From a virus (lineage: Duplodnaviria > Caudoviricetes): a stretch of 57,375 nt of DNA. The DNA lies in the IMG/VR virus record IMGVR_UViG_3300025671_000076, positions 1 through 57,375 of that record; one strand, 5' to 3'. The notes beneath the pieces were generated by a model. That model did no database searches. It was not told the DNA's origin and saw only the letters and a list, made by a program, of their open reading frames with translations. The translations under genes and the position numbers were made by a program. Positions 46,240 to 54,983 of this stretch are shown in pieces. Position 1 is the first letter of the stretch; every line of letters starts with the position of its first letter.

Positions 46240-46272
46240 AAAAAAAGGGGCAGAGTAAACTCCGCCCCTTTT
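46240..46272 (-). terminator. Intrinsic terminator after the major capsid gene, overlapping a promoter (TTTACT-N17-TATAAT, 46259-46231)
   Basis: GGGGCGGAG-UUUA-CUCUGCCCC followed by U7. Confidence 0.85.
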
Positions 46273-46299
46273 CAATAATACAATTAAGTATTAAAGCTA

Positions 46300-47217
46300 T
46301 TATGTTGGTAAGTTTCCGTTACCAAATACACATCTTGGATCAGAGAATCCAAAAGAGTATCTTTCTCTAGCTTTAAATCTAACATTTCCTGTATCGAAAT
46401 CACCTTCCATAGCAGTTTTAATTGGACTTCTAATGAAGTGTTTAAAACCGTTTGGAGCATCAGTCAAGATGAAGTATGAATCAGTGTCAGTTAAGAAGTT
46501 ATTAACTCTGTAACCTTCAGGAATCATTCCCATGTTTGCGATAGCATTGATGTCGTTATCAGCTGTGCCAACTCTTTGAGGAGACTTCATTAGTCTTTCA
46601 GCAGTAAATTGTAATTCTTTTGGAATTATCATTTTTCTGCCCATAAGAGCTATTTTTAAGCCTCTTTCATCAACGAAACCAGAGATATCGATTAACGATT
46701 GCTCTAAAGATGTTTCGTTAAGGTCAGCAGCAGTTGCTAAAACGTTCGAGAAAGTTCCACCAGTTGCAAGTGGGTGATTGTTCGCAATTAATGGAACACC
46801 GTCACCGCCATTGAAACCAGTAGCTCTTTGAGCGTTGTTAAGCACTGATGCAGCTTTAACTTGTTTAGTGTTAGACATAGATCTTGCAAGAGCTCTTGTG
46901 TATCTTGCAGCTAATCTATCATACAGATTATCTTCAATAGCTTCTTCAGTAATTGAGAATGCTAATGCGATAGTTTCGTGTGAGTATCTAGCAGTGAAAG
47001 TTTCAGTTGCTTGATCAAACACTACTCCAGCACCTTCTTGTTTAACTGGTGCAGAAGCGAAACCACTTAACATTACTTCTTCTTCAAAAGCTCTGTCAGA
47101 TGTTTCAGCTGGGAAAATTTCCGCGTGCTGATTTTCGTATCTGTTATATTCCAGGCCGAATAAAGCATTCAAACCCGGCTCTAGTTCTTTAACTAGTTGT
47201 GATCGTGATATTGCCAT
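46300..47217 (-). CDS. Major capsid protein (HK97 fold, Mu gpT-like family)
   Basis: MAISRSQLVKELEPGLNALFGLEY...EEAIEDNLY...GDFDTGNVRFKARERYSFG; follows scaffold, precedes terminator. Confidence 0.92.
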   Translation of the reverse strand: MAISRSQLVKELEPGLNALFGLEYNRYENQHAEIFPAETSDRAFEEEVMLSGFASAPVKQEGAGVVFDQATETFTARYSHETIALAFSITEEAIEDNLYDRLAARYTRALARSMSNTKQVKAASVLNNAQRATGFNGGDGVPLIANNHPLATGGTFSNVLATAADLNETSLEQSLIDISGFVDERGLKIALMGRKMIIPKELQFTAERLMKSPQRVGTADNDINAIANMGMIPEGYRVNNFLTDTDSYFILTDAPNGFKHFIRSPIKTAMEGDFDTGNVRFKARERYSFGFSDPRCVFGNGNLPT

Positions 47218-47232
47218 AGTTTATCTCCTTTA

Positions 47233-47823
47233 TTACGCTATACCTGTACCACTTCTAAAGAAGTGATTGTTGATTCTAACAAGAATGTTTCCGTTAGTCG
47301 CTGTAGTGTCAGAGTTATCTGGATCTTGCGAAATATCAATCGCTTGAACTACGAAAGTAGTTGCAGTTCCAGAAGTTCCTTGATCTAATTGCGCTTTCGA
47401 AATACCTGTTTGTGTAACTCCAGTAGTATTTGTTATACCGTAGTTTTTAAACAAGCCACTTCTTGCAAATATCCCACTTGAGTCTGCCAAAAATACTGCA
47501 TCTGGATCGTCAACAACGAAAGCAGTGATATTGCCTTCAGTTGGTGTAACTGAACCAGGGTAGTAGTTTTTGTAAGTAGGCTTCTGAGTTGTTGGGTCGT
47601 TATAGAACACCCCGTTGAATACTCCAATAACAGCAGTTTCAGGTGCTCCAGAAGGGTCATACTTTTCAATATTACCGTTAGAAGTTGGTACAACCAAATC
47701 TCCTTGGTAAATTGCAGTAGTGTCTCCGGCCTTAACTGTATATCTGTTTTGAGCTCCAACAAGTGGTGTACCGTCTAGTTTTCTGTACGGTCTAAGACCG
47801 AACTGTTCCGCTACGTTTGCCAT
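47233..47823 (-). CDS. Capsid-associated structural (cement/decoration) protein
   Basis: MAN...FGLRP...I-x-x-GD-x-V...GVF-x-G...V-x-DDP...V-x-INNH. Confidence 0.8.
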   Translation of the reverse strand: MANVAEQFGLRPYRKLDGTPLVGAQNRYTVKAGDTTAIYQGDLVVPTSNGNIEKYDPSGAPETAVIGVFNGVFYNDPTTQKPTYKNYYPGSVTPTEGNITAFVVDDPDAVFLADSSGIFARSGLFKNYGITNTTGVTQTGISKAQLDQGTSGTATTFVVQAIDISQDPDNSDTTATNGNILVRINNHFFRSGTGIA

Positions 47824-47893
47824 ATGTTTTTTCTCCTATTTAAACATTTATTACAATTAAGAGTTCCGATCGTAGGTAGTTATTACTAAAAAA

Positions 47894-48364
47894 TTAGTTT
47901 TTATTTCTACCACCAAAGGTAACTCTACTTTGCCTATCAATATTGATCGGCATTTCAGGTCGTTGTTCCTTCATTAGATCATTATCAACCGCGGTCATTT
48001 GATCTTGAGTAATTCTATTGAAATACTCGGCACGGCTTTTTAATATCTCTTCAGGTATCCTTGCCAACACAAGGCCTCCAATTCCAATACATCCTGCATA
48101 TTGTCCCTGCGAAATTGTCGGATATTTGTGAATATCAGCTGAGTTTTTAATCTCCTCTGCTCTTACAAATTCCCAACCTTCTCTGAATTTTTTAGTTACA
48201 TTAGCTGTATCCTCAAATCCAGCCACACTCGTTCTTATCCAACGATGGGCATAACCCTGTGGTGCAGGTGGTGCATCCAAACTGGATGGTGGAGCCCAGG
48301 CACTAGGTTTCTTTTCAGTATTTCTAGTTTCTGACTCGCGTGAGGTTCTTTTTATATTATCCAT
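47894..48364 (-). CDS. Conserved head-module protein
   Basis: W-x-PPSSLDAPP-x-P-x-G-x-x-HRWIR...REGWE-x-V...GGL-x-LARIP. Confidence 0.8.
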   Translation of the reverse strand: MDNIKRTSRESETRNTEKKPSAWAPPSSLDAPPAPQGYAHRWIRTSVAGFEDTANVTKKFREGWEFVRAEEIKNSADIHKYPTISQGQYAGCIGIGGLVLARIPEEILKSRAEYFNRITQDQMTAVDNDLMKEQRPEMPINIDRQSRVTFGGRNKN

Positions 48365-49331
48365 TTGCATTCTCCTTCACGTATTTTGCGTATTCCTCTA
48401 GTGGCACCCCTAGTTTTTTAGCGATAACTATTTGTGACTTGGTGAGTTTCACTGATCGGCGTCCGCTTTGGTTTCTTTGTGCAGAAGCAACAGTCTGGAC
48501 GGGTTTCTTTTGCTCCTGTGGTTGACTAAATTTATGAGGAAAGTTTTCCTTCATAACTTTATCAATTTCATTATAATACTCATCACTCTCTGCGTCAAAC
48601 CCCTGCTCGACAAGATCTTGGTGAGCTTGAAACGCTGCACTCGTCATGATTCTATCTGAACCAAACCATTCATTCTTCTCAGCCCAGCTTTTTGCTTTGC
48701 TAGAAGGTTGTGCGTAAGTAGGATTTTGAGGTTGTTGAGTTTGTTCAGCTGCTTGAGATTTTGCTTTTTCTTCTTTAGCTTCCTCTTCTGCAGCAGTTAT
48801 TTTAACTTTTTCAGCTTCAACAGCTAATTGAGCAATTCTTGAGTTAGCTTCAGCTATTTTATCTGCATCTTGTTCAGCAATAGCATCTCTCAATACAGCT
48901 TTAGCTTTCTCCTGTTCAGCAGATACTCTTGCTGAAAATTGTTCAATATAACTTTTGCTTGTTTTAGAGAATCTAGTATTAGTGTTATCTAATTCTTTTT
49001 TAATGCTTTGTGCATAATCGATAGCAGCTTTTTCTCTTCTTTCAGCTTCTCTAACTTTAAAAGTTAACTTATCAATTCTTCGTTTTACTTTTTCTGAGAC
49101 ATCAGATAAATCATCAACCTTTAATTCTGATTTAGATTCTTCTGTTTGTTCAACTGTGATTCCTTCAATACCTTCTTTTTTAGGTTCTGTGTAACCTAAA
49201 TCAACTTCTTCGTTAGGTAATTGAGGTTCAGTAGATTCTGTTTTTTGTTCTTCAACTTCTACTGATTGTTCGTTTACACCGTCAGTGTCTAATTCCACCT
49301 GTGGTGATTTTTTAGTTTCTTCTAGTTCCAT
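48357..49331 (-). CDS. Capsid scaffolding protein
   Basis: Acidic coiled coil; W-x-x-KN-x-WFG; C-terminal IAKKLGVPLEEYAK. Confidence 0.8.
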   Translation of the reverse strand: MELEETKKSPQVELDTDGVNEQSVEVEEQKTESTEPQLPNEEVDLGYTEPKKEGIEGITVEQTEESKSELKVDDLSDVSEKVKRRIDKLTFKVREAERREKAAIDYAQSIKKELDNTNTRFSKTSKSYIEQFSARVSAEQEKAKAVLRDAIAEQDADKIAEANSRIAQLAVEAEKVKITAAEEEAKEEKAKSQAAEQTQQPQNPTYAQPSSKAKSWAEKNEWFGSDRIMTSAAFQAHQDLVEQGFDAESDEYYNEIDKVMKENFPHKFSQPQEQKKPVQTVASAQRNQSGRRSVKLTKSQIVIAKKLGVPLEEYAKYVKENANG

Positions 49332-49358
49332 AGTAGCTCCTGTTTTAATTGCGTATGT

Positions 49359-49826
49359 TTAGTATGCGTGCAAGATATCCTCCGGATTGTTAATCTTAGC
49401 GATTATCTCGTCATCGTTTAGAATACGAACTTCTCCGCCTTCTATTTTAAATCTAGATCCAGCGTACCTTCCAAAGATAACCCAATCTCCTTTTTGACAC
49501 CAAGGTCCGTTAGGAAATTTTTCTTTGTCTTTGTAGCATAGATCCCCCATCTTCAATACGTATGCACATACGGTTGTCATCTGTATTGTTTCTTGAGTTG
49601 TATCAGCAAGATATAGACCGCCTTTAGTTTTTTTAGGACCAGCATATGGTAAAACTAAAATACGATAACCTGTAGGAGATGGAAGCCTGTCAAGAAGATT
49701 TTTATCCTTCTCTACATTCTTTGCATCTAATACGGTATTTTCTATTTCGTCTCGTGATTTGTAAGCATTAAGTAATGCTTCTGTTTTTTTAGGTACTTCC
49801 TTTGAAGTCTCTAAGTTCTTTGTCAT
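49359..49826 (-). CDS. groES: GroES-like co-chaperonin
   Basis: P-x-GYRILV...KTKGG-x-x-L...GDWVIFGRYAG...RILNDDEIIA. Confidence 0.88.
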   Translation of the reverse strand: MTKNLETSKEVPKKTEALLNAYKSRDEIENTVLDAKNVEKDKNLLDRLPSPTGYRILVLPYAGPKKTKGGLYLADTTQETIQMTTVCAYVLKMGDLCYKDKEKFPNGPWCQKGDWVIFGRYAGSRFKIEGGEVRILNDDEIIAKINNPEDILHAY

Positions 49827-50007
49827 TTAGTTGCTCCTGTTTTTTCTGCAGGTCATTAAGATCCTGAAGCAAAGACTCTAGGCCTTTGATTTGTCCTCTA
49901 ATATAATGAAGTTGCTCTAATTTGTCAACAGAGTACACAAGAGTATCTTTAAGAGAATCTATTCTCTTATCAACTAGTCTTTTTATTAATTGATAGTCTA
50001 ATTCCAT
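49789..50007 (-). CDS. Small conserved head-module protein
   Basis: Y-x-x-GQI-x-GL pattern upstream of GroES. Confidence 0.75.
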   Translation of the reverse strand: MELDYQLIKRLVDKRIDSLKDTLVYSVDKLEQLHYIRGQIKGLESLLQDLNDLQKKQEQLNDKELRDFKGST

Positions 50008-50585
50008 TAATTTCTTTTAAGTGCTATTTTATTTTTACCTTGTTTTAGTAACATAAAACCATATTCATTTACAATTATTTTTAAAATTGTATCCATATCA
50101 TACTTAGGATAATCATCAAAGACGAACACCGTACCAGCATGAGATCGTTCAGCAAAAAATACAGATTCTTTAATCACATCAAAAGACTTATGGGGTCCAT
50201 CAAAATGAACTAAATCATATTTGTTAATTATCTCTTTTTCATTTCTATAAATAGGAACACCATCTGGAAAACGTTTCATAAATTCATCATCACCCATAGG
50301 AAACAATGTAAAATTTTCATAATCAATATCTTTTATTAATTGTAGCTTCATACTGTTGGTATAATCACAAGTATAAGATCCTGAATTATCGTAATGTTCA
50401 TAATTTAAATTACCGTATGGATCTATTCCAATATGCCAATGATTTTTATTTTTAAGAGCATCTAAAATTAATTTAGTTCCAGCTCCTTGTCTAACACCTA
50501 TTTCACAAGTAAATAGTTTTTCATTTTCTAAACTATCACAAGCTTGTTTTAGAATTTCGTATTCAACACTATCACCTTGAATCAT
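50007..50585 (-). CDS. Class I SAM-dependent methyltransferase (Methyltransf_24-like)
   Basis: EIGVRQG, GIDPY, HFDGPH, VFDDY. Confidence 0.85.
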   Translation of the reverse strand: MIQGDSVEYEILKQACDSLENEKLFTCEIGVRQGAGTKLILDALKNKNHWHIGIDPYGNLNYEHYDNSGSYTCDYTNSMKLQLIKDIDYENFTLFPMGDDEFMKRFPDGVPIYRNEKEIINKYDLVHFDGPHKSFDVIKESVFFAERSHAGTVFVFDDYPKYDMDTILKIIVNEYGFMLLKQGKNKIALKRN

Positions 50586-50599
50586 GCAAGGGTTATATA

Positions 50600-50749
50600 C
50601 TAATTGTAGGGTTTGTAAATAGACTTAATTTTTCCTTGAGCTACTAATTTTTTACGATCGCCTTTAGTTAATTTAGAATAATCTATTTCAACTTCTTTGT
50701 TTAAAACTAAAGGTTTTTTCTTAAATAAATTTTTAATCCACTTAAACAT
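50600..50749 (-). CDS. 49-aa basic peptide (MFKWIKNLFKKKP...)
   Basis: Manual translation; TAATG coupling. Confidence 0.55.
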   Translation of the reverse strand: MFKWIKNLFKKKPLVLNKEVEIDYSKLTKGDRKKLVAQGKIKSIYKPYN

Positions 50750-51126
50750 TACTTTCTTTTTATTAAATCAGTTGCTTTAAGTCCGTAAACGCTCGCTATG
50801 ACGCCCACAAAAATTGTTTGATACCAAAATGGTAACTGTGAAAAGTATTCAAAAAACAATTGCATTTTTTCCATAGCTGCTGGGTCATCTGAAAATACTG
50901 CCCACGCTAAAAGTACAATGGGTGCTGAAAGTAATAATAAAATAAATTCGTCTTTCCAGTCCGATTGCCTTGCTTCTAATAATTTGCCTTGATACTCGGC
51001 TTCACCATTTGCCATTTTTTCTGCATGACGCATTTGTGCATCCGCCATTAACATTTTAGTTTTTTGACGATTTTTAAATATATGAGAGCCAGCTTGAACG
51101 GCTAATTTAATAGCACCGAACCACAT
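50749..51126 (-). CDS. Holin-like membrane protein
   Basis: WKDEF followed by two TM helices, LP-x-WY, ASVYG and a basic tail. Confidence 0.65.
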   Translation of the reverse strand: MWFGAIKLAVQAGSHIFKNRQKTKMLMADAQMRHAEKMANGEAEYQGKLLEARQSDWKDEFILLLLSAPIVLLAWAVFSDDPAAMEKMQLFFEYFSQLPFWYQTIFVGVIASVYGLKATDLIKRK

Positions 51127-51752
51127 TAGAATACTCCCTTAAATCCTGTTCCTCTTATTGCTGCTTTGGTTCCTCTAACTCTTATAGACTTACCATTACT
51201 TGCTTGCACTACTGAACAAGGTGGATTAGATCCATCTGGACATAATCCTCCTCCACTGTCTCCACCTAATTGAGTAAAGGTAGGTCTAGCAGGTGAATAA
51301 TCATTTAAATTTTTTCGATTGTTTATTCCTAATGAATCTAATTTATTAGACACAGTTCCTGTAAGAGGTTCAATAATATTTTTGGCTACCCTCATTGCAC
51401 CTAAAGGTATATCTAAAGCTTTACTAACTCCAAATGTTGCAACATTTTTTAAAACTCCAGCTCCTTTAATCGCTGTATCTAAAGGACTTGGTCTATCAAT
51501 TAATTTTTCTGCAGCTCTAACGTTACCTGCTCTTACTTGAGCTCTTTGATTTGCATTTTGTTGTGGACTTCCTTTATCTTGAGCAGGGCCTACACTTCCG
51601 TAACCTCTACTAGCTCTTTCCTGTGCTCTTTCAGGAGCACCCATATCAGCCCCACCACCATATCTCATTTTGATTGGTGGTACGTTGGGGTTTGGGCCTC
51701 TTAGTGGTGGAGGCCCTGATCTTTTGCCAGAAATTTTATGCTTTTTTGACAT
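51126..51752 (-). CDS. Basic Gly-rich putative internal virion protein
   Basis: SGKRSGPPP-x-x-GPNP, MRYGG, terminal RG-x-x-AA-x-RG-x-x-FKGVF. Confidence 0.7.
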   Translation of the reverse strand: MSKKHKISGKRSGPPPLRGPNPNVPPIKMRYGGGADMGAPERAQERASRGYGSVGPAQDKGSPQQNANQRAQVRAGNVRAAEKLIDRPSPLDTAIKGAGVLKNVATFGVSKALDIPLGAMRVAKNIIEPLTGTVSNKLDSLGINNRKNLNDYSPARPTFTQLGGDSGGGLCPDGSNPPCSVVQASNGKSIRVRGTKAAIRGTGFKGVF

Positions 51753-52203
51753 TTTTATTTTTCTTTAATGCTGCAAAGTCCGCACCTGTAATTTTATTTG
51801 GTGGTGGAGCTGCCGCTGCAATCTTTTGTTGTTTAGGTGATAACTTAGTTTCGCCACCTGTAGATTTTTTATCTGTTTTAAATTTATTTTTAGCTGTTTC
51901 GTATCCAATACCAATTCCAGAACCAACTTTAATTGTTAGATCAGCTATTCTTCCAATTGGAGATCTTTTAAAAGCAGTTTTAAATATGTTTTTAGTTGCT
52001 GATTTTAATTTTTTTCTTCTATTTGTAAATGTATCTTCTTTTGCAGGTTTATTTGAAGATAGCGTCATTCTTCTATTAGTAAATTCATCAGTTGAAGATA
52101 ATTTTAATCTTCTATTTATAAATTCAGTACTTGGACTGTTTTTATTTACTGTTGTGTATAAATTTTTATAAAGGTTATCTAGCCCCAGTTTTTTTCCCGA
52201 CAT
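51736..52203 (-). CDS. Basic putative internal virion protein
   Basis: Internal FTNRR repeats; KSTGG...LSPKQ-x-KIA...KITGADF-x-x-L. Confidence 0.7.
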   Translation of the reverse strand: MSGKKLGLDNLYKNLYTTVNKNSPSTEFINRRLKLSSTDEFTNRRMTLSSNKPAKEDTFTNRRKKLKSATKNIFKTAFKRSPIGRIADLTIKVGSGIGIGYETAKNKFKTDKKSTGGETKLSPKQQKIAAAAPPPNKITGADFAALKKNKNVKKA

Positions 52204-54514
52204 TTGTTTTCTCCATTTTTTCTCGAGCAACTTCTAATCTCTTATCAGATTGCTCATCTTGTGTTTCTAATTTTAATTTATCAAAATCTAATTTCTCATC
52301 AAACTGATCCTGATTCTGTTCTATTTTCATTGTACCCTCTTGAGCACGTCTTTGTAAATCCATAGCTCTTAAGTCTAATTCTCTTTGTTTCAACATGATT
52401 ACAGGGTCGCTTTTTTGAGCATCCATCATAGTTTCGTTCTGTGCTAGCTCTGCAGTTATCTGTGCAATCCTTTTTGCTACTTCAGAATTGTACATAGATT
52501 GAAATGCTTGTGGATTTTGTTGTGCCATAGCCATTAAATTAGGATCTTGTTGCATCATAGCCATAACTTCAGCAGATGCTTTCATAGAAACGTGTTGAGA
52601 GATGTGTCCTTGTAGATTTGCATACACCATAGGGTTAATTTGCACCATTCTAGTTCTCATAAACGCAGAATGGGCTGCAATATGTGCGTCATGGTCTTGA
52701 TCTGGATATGCAGTCATCGGTAACATCTGTAAAGCTTCCATATTTTCAATTGCAGGGTCTTTTGGAAACGGTTTTTGCTCTGGTTTTAGGATTTGAGGTA
52801 TTTCTTTAGTGCCTAAAGCCTCATAAACACGTCTATAAGCTTCATGTAGGTTGTGAAGTTGTGGATTTGACTGCGCAATTTGTAATTGTGTTTGTGCTAA
52901 TGTCACTCTTTGCGACATTGAGAAGATATTTGGGTCTGCAACCGGTAAAATATCTACTCGGTCGTCAAAATCTACCACTTTAATGACTCTCTCAGCCCCG
53001 TAGACAGCGTATGGATACTCAGGTGGTAGGTATTCAGCTATAATTTGACCTAAAAGCTTAAATTCTTGCTTCATTGCATAGTAACAACGCTTGTGAATAG
53101 CGCTCATTACCCTAGAACCTCTCTCTAAAAGAGCAATTGTAGTCCCAACAGCTGCCGCTTGGTTACCATCACCGACTTGATTGTCAGCAATTGATGCAAA
53201 TCTTCTTCCTGCATCTACACAAAAACCTAAAAGATTAAATAAAGTTGTGCTTGGTTCTTTAAAAGGTAGTAATTGAAACTGATCTCTGATGTTTCCACCT
53301 GGTGCATCAACGTCTCTGAACTCTCCAGGTTGAATTGGTTGGTCATCATCTCTAATTCTCATGCCTCTAGACTTAAATCCAGCAGGTAAGTTTGATAATG
53401 TACCCGCATCAAGTAGCTGTCTTAGAGCAGTAGTTGCTGTTCGAGACAGGCCACCGATCATGTGAATTAAACCAAAACCATAAAATCCTAAACCAGGTAA
53501 GAATTTGTAATGTGAAAAATATTCTTTTCTAATAAATTTGTTATCACCTTCTCTGTAATTTCTATAAATAGATAAAATTTGTCTTGTACCTTCTTCAATA
53601 GTTACGACATAAGGTATTTTAATATTAATTTTGTCTTCGTCATTCTCTGCAATGTAGTCAGATAAGTCTAAATCCACATGCATTTCTAAAACATTGTATA
53701 TATAATCTTTTGATTCAACAGGTTTAATACCTTCTAGTTCATTGTACTTATCTTGAATTTTGTTTTCTTTTTTTTGAGGTTTCATTAGATCTACTTGTCT
53801 ATAAAAACCTGCTGCCATTTTCTTTAATAAATCATTTTCAGATTGTTTTAATACATGTGTAATTCTTGGTGCATCTTTTAAGTCGGTTGCATAATACGGT
53901 ACGACTAAATCTTCTGCAGGTATAAATTTAGATACTGCTCTTTCTAATACTGAATCGTAATATATTTTTTTAAATGCAGAACCTGCAAGTGGTAAATAAA
54001 ATAACAACTGATCAAACTCTGGAGTATACTCTTCCATCTTCTCCATGATTTGAAAGTTCATGAAATCTTTTACTCTTTGTGCTTGAGCTTCAGTTTGTTC
54101 GTTTTGTAATCCAACAATTTTAGTTTTTACTGGACCATCACTGGGTAATAATTCTTTGTAAGCTTGTGCTTGAAATTGTGTAACGGCTTCCGATAACAAA
54201 GGATGAGTAACATTACTTGCACCTTTGAAAGGTTGTGTAGTCGATTTATATTTAAACCCTAAAAGGTCTAAACCATTTCTGTACGTATCTTCCCAATCTT
54301 TTCTTGATTCTCTATCGCTATCATATTCAGAAATTAAATCTGAAGCTAATTGTGATAAAGCTTTGTCATCAATATCTTCTGCAATGTTTGCATAGAAGTC
54401 CTGTTCAGATTCTTCTGTTACTTCTTCTTCACCTTCTTCAGGTGGCAAAGTTACAACAGCTTCTTCTTCAACATCAACTTCTTCGTTGATTGGATTATCG
54501 GATTCAATAGCCAT
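52175..54514 (-). CDS. Portal protein
   Basis: SR-x-DWE...HPLLSEAV-x-QFQA...LPL-x-GS-x-FKK...GFYG-x-GL...RQL-x-DAGTL-x-NLP. Confidence 0.92.
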   Translation of the reverse strand: MAIESDNPINEEVDVEEEAVVTLPPEEGEEEVTEESEQDFYANIAEDIDDKALSQLASDLISEYDSDRESRKDWEDTYRNGLDLLGFKYKSTTQPFKGASNVTHPLLSEAVTQFQAQAYKELLPSDGPVKTKIVGLQNEQTEAQAQRVKDFMNFQIMEKMEEYTPEFDQLLFYLPLAGSAFKKIYYDSVLERAVSKFIPAEDLVVPYYATDLKDAPRITHVLKQSENDLLKKMAAGFYRQVDLMKPQKKENKIQDKYNELEGIKPVESKDYIYNVLEMHVDLDLSDYIAENDEDKINIKIPYVVTIEEGTRQILSIYRNYREGDNKFIRKEYFSHYKFLPGLGFYGFGLIHMIGGLSRTATTALRQLLDAGTLSNLPAGFKSRGMRIRDDDQPIQPGEFRDVDAPGGNIRDQFQLLPFKEPSTTLFNLLGFCVDAGRRFASIADNQVGDGNQAAAVGTTIALLERGSRVMSAIHKRCYYAMKQEFKLLGQIIAEYLPPEYPYAVYGAERVIKVVDFDDRVDILPVADPNIFSMSQRVTLAQTQLQIAQSNPQLHNLHEAYRRVYEALGTKEIPQILKPEQKPFPKDPAIENMEALQMLPMTAYPDQDHDAHIAAHSAFMRTRMVQINPMVYANLQGHISQHVSMKASAEVMAMMQQDPNLMAMAQQNPQAFQSMYNSEVAKRIAQITAELAQNETMMDAQKSDPVIMLKQRELDLRAMDLQRRAQEGTMKIEQNQDQFDEKLDFDKLKLETQDEQSDKRLEVAREKMEKTNVGKKTGAR

Positions 54515-54930
54515 TATGTAATTTTAGTTTTTTTATTCTTTCCCATTTTGCATTTAGCCATGACGTATTTTCCATTTTTAGCATACATCATTCCGCCAGC
54601 TTTAGCGCCACCCATGCCAAATTCAAAAGCATCATCAGTATCACCAAAATATCTTGTTTTTTGTCCGCCTGTTGTATTAGCAACAGGACTAGTTAAGAAA
54701 TTTTTGATTTTATCCATCATACCAATCTTGCCTTGTTTAACGCCTTTGCCACCCTTCATAATTGGGTCGTCGTATCTTTTTCTGTATATGTTGCTTAATG
54801 CACTTCCTCTGCCTTTATCAATATTGATTCCGGTATCTTTACCACCAAGCATTTTAGACGCTCCGTAAGCTGCAGCTCCAATGGCCGCTGCCTTACCAGC
54901 TTTCTTCAACATTTTTTTTAACTTAGCCAT
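54514..54930 (-). CDS. Basic Lys/Gly-rich putative core protein
   Basis: AKAGG and AKNGK motifs; AGGAG SD. Confidence 0.7.
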   Translation of the reverse strand: MAKLKKMLKKAGKAAAIGAAAYGASKMLGGKDTGINIDKGRGSALSNIYRKRYDDPIMKGGKGVKQGKIGMMDKIKNFLTSPVANTTGGQKTRYFGDTDDAFEFGMGGAKAGGMMYAKNGKYVMAKCKMGKNKKTKIT

Positions 54931-54983
54931 AATTGTCTCCTATAGGTTTATTACAGCAGTGTAAAGCATTTTATGCCAAAAAT

